From the NCBI GenBank assembly GCA_963677925.2, contig CAXXYH010000004.1, positions 864,001-928,000 on the forward strand: a stretch of 64,000 bases of DNA, written 5' to 3'. Shown here piece by piece: positions 10,401-19,500 of the stretch (position 1 is its first letter; every line of letters begins with the position of its first letter). The translations under genes were made by a program, and so were the position numbers. The notes beneath the pieces were generated by a model. That model worked only from the letters and a program-made list of their open reading frames with translations, was not told the origin of the DNA and made no database searches. This DNA comes from Spirochaetia bacterium (GTDB lineage: Bacteria > Spirochaetota > Spirochaetia > UBA9216).

Positions 10401-10928
10401 TTATTTAAGGAAATGACTGAAGTCATGAATACGTATAAGATAGAATCAAATAATATTGCTTAAAATACTTTTTGGGCAAGATATAGAGATTATTGGTATG
10501 GCTTTAAGCTATAAATGATTTTTTAATTATATATTTAAAAATCAAGATAATATTCATTATATTTATGTTAATATTGTTAGATAATATTAATAAAGATTTT
10601 TATATATTTGAAAATATTGTTTCTGTATTATATGTTCTTTCAAAATAACTTTCTTATGCTAAGAATAAGGGGGTGGTATTTTTTATTCCCTTAAAATATA
10701 AAGTTACAATTTTGATAATGATGCACAAGATAATTATTATAATTAAAATGATGCAAAAAAAGGGTATTAGAGACAAAGACTGAATCGGAATACTATAAAA
10801 ACATATTTATTGGATGATAAGAAGCGGTCTTGTGATGATATAGATAGTTGTTGATATTTAGATGGGAAGTTTTCTGTATGAGTATAACATTATAATCCAT
10901 GTTTTATGTAAATTAGAAAGGAATTAAA

Positions 10929-11789
10929 ATGAGTAATTTGATGAAAAGGTTAGATATGCCTAAATCAGAATTTTTAGTTTTCTCTTCAATGGGAGATAGA
11001 GCAAATATAAAATATTGGCTAAAAGGTAATAGGAATTTTGATTTATGGGTTTGTTATTATGGTGATGATGGAAATAAATATATTGACTCTTCTGATTATT
11101 ATTTTAAAAGAAAGGGTGGAAAGTTTCCTAATTTGCATTATGTATATAATAACTGGAAGAATGAAATTGATTTTTATAAAGCCGTTTTTGTTATAGATGA
11201 TGATGTTATTCTTAATGGAACTAAGATTACCAATTTATTTAATATTTTATTTGACTACAAATTGTGGTTGATTCAACCAGCTTTCAATCCTCTTGGTAAA
11301 GTTAGTCATTATCTAACAATGGTTAAACCTTATACTAAGTTTAGGTATACCAATTTTGTTGAAGTTACTTGTCCTCTATTTTTAAAAAGTAAACTTGATG
11401 AATTTATGAATGTATATGATCCAGTGCTAGTTGGATGGGGCGTTGACCATTGGTTTATAAACAATTTAGGATCTGAAATAGCCAATAAAGTAGCAGTTAT
11501 TGATGAGATAACATGTATCAATCCTTTTGATTTCACAAAAAATAGTATTAATTTTCGTGGGAAAAGAGAAATCGATACATTGCAGAGTAAAAGCAAAAGA
11601 GTTGAGGTTTGGAAGGGTGTTAAAGCTAAATATAATATTAATGATATAAAAATAAAAGAAATAGGATATGAGCGTTTGTCTTTAAATTTGTATAATTTAA
11701 TAAATATTTTTTATTATTCTCTTCTTATTCTTTGTAAGTTAATCGCACGGAGAATTAGATCGACTTTTATCTATAAAAAAAGAAGATAA
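10929..11789 (+). CDS. DUF707-like putative glycosyltransferase
   Basis: FDLWVCYYGD, DDD, QPA, TNFVEVTCPLF and GWGVD motifs of the DUF707 family. Confidence 0.72.
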   Translation: MSNLMKRLDMPKSEFLVFSSMGDRANIKYWLKGNRNFDLWVCYYGDDGNKYIDSSDYYFKRKGGKFPNLHYVYNNWKNEIDFYKAVFVIDDDVILNGTKITNLFNILFDYKLWLIQPAFNPLGKVSHYLTMVKPYTKFRYTNFVEVTCPLFLKSKLDEFMNVYDPVLVGWGVDHWFINNLGSEIANKVAVIDEITCINPFDFTKNSINFRGKREIDTLQSKSKRVEVWKGVKAKYNINDIKIKEIGYERLSLNLYNLINIFYYSLLILCKLIARRIRSTFIYKKRR

Positions 11790-11839
11790 ATATTATATAT
11801 TTATAAACAATTTTTTAATTTCAGATAAAACTATTATAG

Positions 11840-12288
11840 GGCTCGCAATCCCTAAAACTGTACCATGAGATAGATTAGTTTTCTGTCACAATATACAATA
11901 GAGACTGAAATGAAGAGATGGTTTGCAGATGAACAGATTATTAAAAACCTGAATGAATACCAATCTACTCAAAGAGTAGATTTACATCGAAAAGGATGTA
12001 CAAGCGTAGTCACTTCCCGAGGCTTAAAATAAAAAGTGCGAAATATTTTAGGCACTACCCAAAATCTGGGAATCCGACTACGAATTGTCATATCGAGAGT
12101 ATTAATGGGATTTTCAGAAATAAATTGTCTGAATACAATTTATTTTAATAGCATTAAAAAATGGGGTGTTGAATAAAATGAAGAACGCCCACAAGAACGA
12201 TTAAAATGGGTGGCACCTTACCAGTATGAAGCAATAATAGATAGGCTGAAAACTATCCTTGGTAGTGGTCAGAAAATGGAGTGAGGTC
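11840..12288 (+). mobile_element. IS3-family relic (internally deleted)
   Basis: orfA-like start MKRWFADEQIIKNLNE (11910), orfB-like end 'NEERPQERLKWVAPYQYE', terminus ...GGAGTGAGGTCA. Confidence 0.6.
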
Positions 12289-12450
12289 ACAATAATAAAC
12301 GTGCATATCAAGGTCGTAATTTGAAAAGTTGAACACCATTAAAAGTGTTTATATAAGAAATAAAAATACAAGATGGTGAAGGCGTTTTTTACGAATAATA
12401 TAACATTATAACTTTCTATGAAAGTGTCAAGGAAGTACTAAATCATTGCA
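12289..12450 (+). mobile_element. Second IS481 3'-end relic
   Basis: 'NNKRAYQGRNLKS*TP' and GTGTCAAGGAA end, homologous to 7540-7690. Confidence 0.6.
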
Positions 12451-12727
12451 GCATAATAAATTGATAGTCATCAGTTGGGTTAAAAAGACTCAAATGGAAA
12501 GTTAAGAATGCCTAAAAATCTTTGAGAACTACAGTGGATTTAAAAAAATATAAAATCTGTTTTGAATAAATGACAGAAATCATGAATAGGTATAAAATAA
12601 ATCAGACAGGGGAGTAAGAAATTAGCAAACCCTATATAGTTAGATTAACCAGAAAATCTTTAAGGAATATTTTTTATTCAAAAATTATAGAAGTGAAATC
12701 TGTAAAATAGTGGAGATTTAATAACAA

Positions 12728-13708
12728 ATGAAAGAATTAATTTCTATAGTCGTGCCAATTTTTAATGTCGAGTTGTATTTACCAAGATGTATTGATTCCT
12801 TGATTAATCAAACATATAAAAATATTGATTTAATCCTCGTTGATGATGGGTCTCCTGATCGTTGTGGTGAAATTTGTGAAAATTATCAATTTATAGACCA
12901 TAGAATACAAGTTATTCATAAAAAAAATGGGGGTCTTTCTGATGCTAGGAATGTAGGGATAAAAGCTGCAAGAGGTAATTATATCACATTTGTAGATAGT
13001 GATGACTGGGTCGTTCCGGATTTTATTGAATATCTCTATATGAATCTCAAGAAATTTGAAACGGATATCTCCATTTGTAATTTCTGTAAAACATCAACAT
13101 ATCCTTTTGAACCAGAATCCAATAAAAAAGAAATTGTTGAAGTTTTAGATAGTATTAGTGCTCTACGCCAACTAAACGGGAGGAATGGTGTAAATTTAGT
13201 AAGTGCTTGGGCTAAAATTTACAAGAAAGAGCTTTTTAATGACATACTATTTCCTATTGGGAAAATACATGAAGATGATTTTATATCATATAGAATCATT
13301 AGTAAAGCCAATACCATCTGTATAAGCAATAAGATAGGCTTATTGTATTGGCAACGAGAAGGCAGTATTACAGCTTCTAATGATATAGTAAGTAGAATAC
13401 ATAAATTGGAAGCATCAATTGAGAGACTCGATTTTTATTGTAGCTTGATGGATATAGGATTAATCTCACAAGGAGCAAGAAGTGTTTTTCATAATTTTAT
13501 TAAATATGAAAAATATCGGCAGGAAATGAAAATTAAAGATAAAACTTTCTCTAAAAAGTTGATACGCTTAAGAGTTAGGCAATCAAAGCAATCTATCTTT
13601 TTTAAGCTTTTTTATGAGTTTTATTTTATTACACCACACATAGGATACTTGATATATGAAATAATTATAAATCCGATCTTTTTAAAACCAAAATATAGAG
13701 GTAAATGA
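12728..13708 (+). CDS. Glycosyltransferase family 2 (EpsJ-like)
   Basis: ISIVVPIFN, VDDGSPD, NGGLSDARN, FVDSDD, HEDD. Confidence 0.92.
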   Translation: MKELISIVVPIFNVELYLPRCIDSLINQTYKNIDLILVDDGSPDRCGEICENYQFIDHRIQVIHKKNGGLSDARNVGIKAARGNYITFVDSDDWVVPDFIEYLYMNLKKFETDISICNFCKTSTYPFEPESNKKEIVEVLDSISALRQLNGRNGVNLVSAWAKIYKKELFNDILFPIGKIHEDDFISYRIISKANTICISNKIGLLYWQREGSITASNDIVSRIHKLEASIERLDFYCSLMDIGLISQGARSVFHNFIKYEKYRQEMKIKDKTFSKKLIRLRVRQSKQSIFFKLFYEFYFITPHIGYLIYEIIINPIFLKPKYRGK

Positions 13709-13845
13709 ACCCTCTTCTATTATTAGGGATTAAATTTAACTAATAAGATAGATGTTTAACGAAGTTATAGTCGAACTGAAAAAGAATAGGAATTGGCATT
13801 AAAAAAATAATATCAGAGGATATAAATCCTAATGGTGAGGTAAAT

Positions 13846-14853
13846 ATGAATATTATCAACATTGGAGTCTTTGCATATAATGAACAGGAAAACATTGCAA
13901 ATATAATTAACGATTTAGATCTTCAATCTGTAATGACAAACGGATTGTTCCAATTGAGTGTACAAGTTTTATGTAATGGTTGTACAGATAAAACTGTACC
14001 GATTGCGATAACTTCCGTAGAAAGATGTAAGAATATAAACAAGTTTACTGAGGTTAAAGATTATAAAGTTGGAAGTAAATCAATAACATGGAACAAATTT
14101 ATAAATTCTAATATTGAAGGTTCTGATTTTATAATCTGTATTGATGGAGATATTCGTATTCATGATCAAGATGCAATAATTAATTTGATCCATGATTTGG
14201 ATAATAGTAATTCTTATGCTTTGACTAGTAGACCTATGAAAAAATTAGATAAATTAAATAGAAAACCTTTATTGAAAGTTGCTACAAAAATAGCCGGAGC
14301 AGAACATGTTGATGGAAAAATCTGTGGGCAGTTTTATGCAGTAAAAACTGATAATATAAACAATATTCAATTACCAAATCCTTGCCTTGTTGAAGATGGT
14401 TTTTTAGCTGCTTGCTTGATAACAAGCTTATTTACACATGAAGGGGATCCTAAACTAATAAAAGCTAGTCAAAGTGTTTGTCATGAATTTGAAGTGCCTG
14501 GATCATTAAAAGAATTTTTTTATCATGATGTACGTATATTATTAGGGTGTGAGCTTAACGCAGCTTACTATTCTTTTTTATGGGAAGCCACAGATGTTAA
14601 AGAGAGAATTGAAATTTTAAATAGTTTTTCAAAATCGGATAAGATTAATGATTGTATAGAAGAACATTTAAAACATCCTGAAAGAAGTGCTTTGAAGAAA
14701 CAAAAATATTTCGATTTTCTTTTTAGAATAAGAAGCGAAAATATGCTGATTAAAATAGCAAAACTGCCAATCAGATTTTTGTATGTTGTCTATATAAATG
14801 CTGTTAAGGGAAGAGCGAAAAGGCTATTCATAGAACGTACCTTTTTTTGGTAG
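13846..14853 (+). CDS. Glycosyltransferase family 2
   Basis: FAYNE, NGCTDKT, IDGD, GQFYA, VEDG motifs. Confidence 0.8.
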   Translation: MNIINIGVFAYNEQENIANIINDLDLQSVMTNGLFQLSVQVLCNGCTDKTVPIAITSVERCKNINKFTEVKDYKVGSKSITWNKFINSNIEGSDFIICIDGDIRIHDQDAIINLIHDLDNSNSYALTSRPMKKLDKLNRKPLLKVATKIAGAEHVDGKICGQFYAVKTDNINNIQLPNPCLVEDGFLAACLITSLFTHEGDPKLIKASQSVCHEFEVPGSLKEFFYHDVRILLGCELNAAYYSFLWEATDVKERIEILNSFSKSDKINDCIEEHLKHPERSALKKQKYFDFLFRIRSENMLIKIAKLPIRFLYVVYINAVKGRAKRLFIERTFFW

Positions 14854-15482
14854 TGAGAATGGCTTGGTTTTCCTTAAATACTTAATGAGCTTATAAATTA
14901 AGGTAAATGTAAAATCATTCAAACATTTTAAAATAATAGAAATAGTCATTGTTGTATTATTTTTTCCAAAAAATATTTTATAATTGGAGGCTCTTATTCT
15001 AAAATATGAATGTGAATTATACAAATAGAAGAGCACTTATTGATTGTATCAATTTAATTAAGTTGTTAGATGTGCTATAAAGAGATCTTATATTCATTAC
15101 CTTATGAAGAAGATCGGTTCTGATGGGGTGAATGTTATAAAAGATCTGAGGATACAAAGATAAACAAGCAGATTAATTCAGTTGGAATATAGATTCCACA
15201 GCAAACCAAATTGAACTTAAAAAAACAAAACTAAGAAGTTTACTGTTTGAAAATAATTTTTATAGTATTTATTTCTTATGTTTATCTTGACGAAATGAAT
15301 TGTAGAATTTGTTCGAAAATGCTGTTAATCTTAGCTATTGTATAGTTTCAGTTTAATGTATTGAGCTTATCGGATTAGTTCATTATATTCAGAGGGATTC
15401 AAGCTATCAATAATCCGTGTTTTAGATATCTATGACAAATTGTAATACGTCAAATTATTAAACAAATTAGCTGAGGTCGCAA

Positions 15483-16388
15483 ATGGGAAAGATTGATGTA
15501 TCAATAATAATACCTTCATACAATTCTGAAGATGTACTAATAAACACATTAAAATCAATAGAAGAGCAAAAGACAAACAATGTTTTTGAAATAATTATTA
15601 TTGACTCATCACCGTCAGATAATGTTCAAAATGTATGTAAGAATAACAAAAGGATTCAGTTTATAAAGCTGAAGGAGAAAACCCTGCCTGGAATCGCCAG
15701 AAATATCGGTGCAGAACATGCAAAAGGAGAGGTTCTGATATTCTGTGATGCCGATGTATTACTACAGGAGGATGTAGTAACAAAAGTCTGGGAATTCTAC
15801 TCAAAAGGTCATAAGGCTTTTGGAGGAGCACTTATCCTTGCAGAAGGTTCTTCACTGCCAGTAGGATTGCTTGAACATTATTTCTATAATCATGAATCTC
15901 AAAAAGAGCGGCCTGTATCAAAGAGAAGTAATCTTAGTTCAGCCCTAATGATAGTGGATCGAACCTTATTTATTGAACAAGGCGGCTTTAAAAATATACC
16001 AAGAATGCAGGATACTGAATTTACTGAAAGAATATCTCGTAATGGAGCAGTTCTTATGTTTACTCCTGAAGTTGTCGGGTGTCAGCGACAAATCACTACC
16101 TGGAAAGGATTAAATCGAAAAGTATTTCTTTGTGGACACAATCTGTATTTTATTAGGTATAAGCAGAATATATCAACTAAGAAAAAAATCTTGTTGATAC
16201 TCGGGTTGCCGTTTCTATCCATTTTAAAAATGAGTAGAATAAACTTGCGGAATATAGTTTATACAACACCTTTTGGTCGTATTAAAGCCCTTTTTTGGAC
16301 ACCAGTTATGTATTATTTAGGTTTTATTTGGATGTCTGGATTTTACAAAGGTATTATCAGAAATAGAGGAATTAGTTTAAATAGATAA
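15483..16388 (+). CDS. Glycosyltransferase family 2
   Basis: VSIIIPSYN, IDSS, ARNIGA, FCDAD, GGF...QDTEF. Confidence 0.88.
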   Translation: MGKIDVSIIIPSYNSEDVLINTLKSIEEQKTNNVFEIIIIDSSPSDNVQNVCKNNKRIQFIKLKEKTLPGIARNIGAEHAKGEVLIFCDADVLLQEDVVTKVWEFYSKGHKAFGGALILAEGSSLPVGLLEHYFYNHESQKERPVSKRSNLSSALMIVDRTLFIEQGGFKNIPRMQDTEFTERISRNGAVLMFTPEVVGCQRQITTWKGLNRKVFLCGHNLYFIRYKQNISTKKKILLILGLPFLSILKMSRINLRNIVYTTPFGRIKALFWTPVMYYLGFIWMSGFYKGIIRNRGISLNR

Positions 16389-16507
16389 AAATATACAGAA
16401 ATAAAAATGTGATTAAACTTAATACGTGTGATAATATACTATGTTTAATAATGCATAATATTGTAAAATATAAATCTGTTAGAGGATATCATTAATAGAA
16501 CAATAAT

Positions 16508-19500
16508 ATGAATAGAGAAACTTCAGTCTGGTATGGGAAAAACACCAGTTTATCAAATTATAAATGCTGGTTAGATTTATTCTATAAAAACGTTGAATTA
16601 ACTCCTGATAAAATTGCAGTAATTTTTGAAAACCGTTATATTTCATATAGAGAACTTGATCTGCTTTCTAATTGGTTTTGTAATCAGATTTTAAAAAATT
16701 CAAATAATGATAATGATTTTATAGGAATTCATCTGAAAAGATCTCATATCATGCTTGCTGCGATGATTGGTGTGGCAAAAGCCGGTAAAGCTTACCTGCC
16801 ATTAGATCCTTCATTTCCGAAAGCCAGACTATTGTATATGCTCGAAGATTCTGGCACAAAATTGATAATTGCAGATGAAAATACTGGTCTTGAAGACGTA
16901 ATTGGCAATAAAGAGATTCAACTTGTGGATTCCGGGAATTGCGTGCAGGAAGAGCAAATTGATTTCATAGAATACAATTTAGAAAAACAACCAGCCTATA
17001 TATTATATACGTCAGGATCCACAGGTAAGCCGAAAGGTGTTGTTGTTGGCCATAAGGCCTTCCTGAACTTTTTATTATCAATGAAAGAAGAGCCTGGTTG
17101 TAATAGTTCAGATGTTTTACTTGCTCTTACTACTATTTCATTTGATATTTCAGGGTTGGAATTATTTCTTCCTTTAATCTGTGGCGGTACCATATATGTG
17201 GTGTCGCGTGAAGTTGTGTTAAATCCTAAAAAGATGCTGAATATCATAGAGACAAATGAAATATCAATCATTCAGGGAACTCCTGCATTATGGAAACTAC
17301 TTATAGATTATGGTTTTAAGGGAAAAGATGGGTTGAAGATCCTATGCGGTGGAGATATTTTCCCCTTGGATTTGGCAATTAATTTATATAATACAGGCTG
17401 TCCAATATGGAATATGTATGGCCCTACAGAAACAACAATCTGGTCATCAGTCTATAAGCTGGAAAAAGAACCTGATGTTGCACCCTACATAGGGTTTCCA
17501 ATTGCAAATACTGGATTTCATATATTAGATGAAGATTTGGATCCTGTTGAAAAGGGTGAGGCTGGTCTCCTTTGGATAAGCGGGGATGGTCTGTCTGATG
17601 GATACTGGAAAAAACAGGCACAAACGAATGAAGTTTTTAAAAAAATCAATAATAATTCCGGTCAATTTTTTTATAATACCGGGGACTGGGTATACGAAAC
17701 TATTGATGGCAATATTGCATTTTCAGGAAGGAAAGATAATCAGGTCAAAATTCGGGGATATCGTATAGAAATTAGTGAAATAGAGAAAAGTCTCATAAAT
17801 ATTCCTGCAATAAAAGATGCTGTAGTATTATCCAGGAAAGATAGTAAAGAAAATACAATATTAGTAGCTTTTTATATATTAGATCAAATTGATGAAGAAA
17901 TTTCATCATCTTTCATCAGAAATGAGTTGGCTAATACTTTACCTGAATACATGATTCCCGCTTATTATTTTAAGTTGGATAAGTTTCCAATGACACTGAA
18001 TAATAAGATTGATAGAACTGCTTTTCCTGATATTGGTACAATTGAAAAACAATCAGAATCCAAAGTTCAAAAGACCTTAACCTTATTGGAGTACATTCAA
18101 AAATGCTGGAATGAGTCTTTGGGCCACAAAAACTTTTCAGAACATGATAATTTTTTTGATGTTGGAGGGTATTCTGTTCTAATTGTTGATATTTTACATA
18201 AAATTGGAACTTTTCTTAATAAAGATATAGATCCCTTAATATTTTTTGAAAATCCTACGATTTATTCATTAAACAAAGCCTTAACAACAAATAAAGAAGA
18301 TATTATAATTGATTCTGCAAGTATGGATAAAGATACTCTTCTTGAAGATTCTGATGATCTTACCCTCGCTATAATTGGAATGTCCTGTGCTGTGCCGGGA
18401 GCTGAAAATGTAGAGGAATTCTGGGAGTTGTTATCTCAGGGTAAAAGCGGAATTTTGGAACATTCAGTAGATGATTTAATAAACGCCGGCATGCCTTTGG
18501 AGGTTATAGAACAGCCGAATTATATTAGGAAATCCGGAATTTTACCTTCTACTGAGTATTTTGATCATGAATTCTTTGGTTATTCACCTAAAGAAGCTAA
18601 ATTTATGGATCCGCAGCATCGATTGTTTATGCAGCATTGTTATAAAGCTTTAGAATCCGCAGGTATAAAGTCTACCGATGACAATAAAACTGCTGTTTTT
18701 GCCGGTTCCGGACAGAATAAATATCTATTAAAAAATATTATTTTTAGCAGCGAGAAAGAGGAATTTTCGGATTTTCAGATAATGGTAGGAAATGAAAATG
18801 ACTTTTTAGCATCCCGTGTTTCATATAAGCTTAATCTTAGAGGTCCTGCTGTTACTGTTCAATCCGGGTGTTCTACATCTCTCGTTGCTGTTCAGCTTGG
18901 ATATCAAAGTCTTCTTAATTATCAGTGTGATATGGCTTTATGTGGCGGTGTAAGCCTCAATGTTCCGGTAACAGAAGGGTATCTTTATGAGGAGGGCTCA
19001 ATTCTGAGTCCTACAGGAGAGTGTCGAGCGTTTGATGTTGATGCAGATGGAACAGTATTCGGTTCCGGGGTAGGTGTTATTTTATTAAAAAGATTGTCTG
19101 ATGCAGTCCGCGATAATGATCCAATAATAGCTCTCTTAAGATCTGTTGCAATTAATAATGATGGGGCTGACAAAATTGGTTATACTGCACCAAGTATTAG
19201 GGGCCAGGCTGAAGTAATATCTGAGGCATTAGCACTGGCCGATGTGAGCCCGGAACTTATAAGTTATGTCGAAACCCATGGCACGGGAACAATACTTGGA
19301 GATCCCATAGAGATCTCCGGATTGAAAAAAGCATTGAATGCTCAAAGCAGTGATAATCACAAATGTTATATTGGATCAGTTAAAACTAATATTGGTCATC
19401 TTGATACGGCTGCTGGAATTGTAAGCTTGATAAAAACAGCTCTATCTATAAAAAATAAGAAAATACCGGCTTCTTTAAACTATTTAGCCCCAAATCCTGT

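Noticed and set aside
13794-13810. TGGCAT upstream of GT 13846 as a fourth sigma54 promoter
   Set aside because: There is no GC at the -12 position
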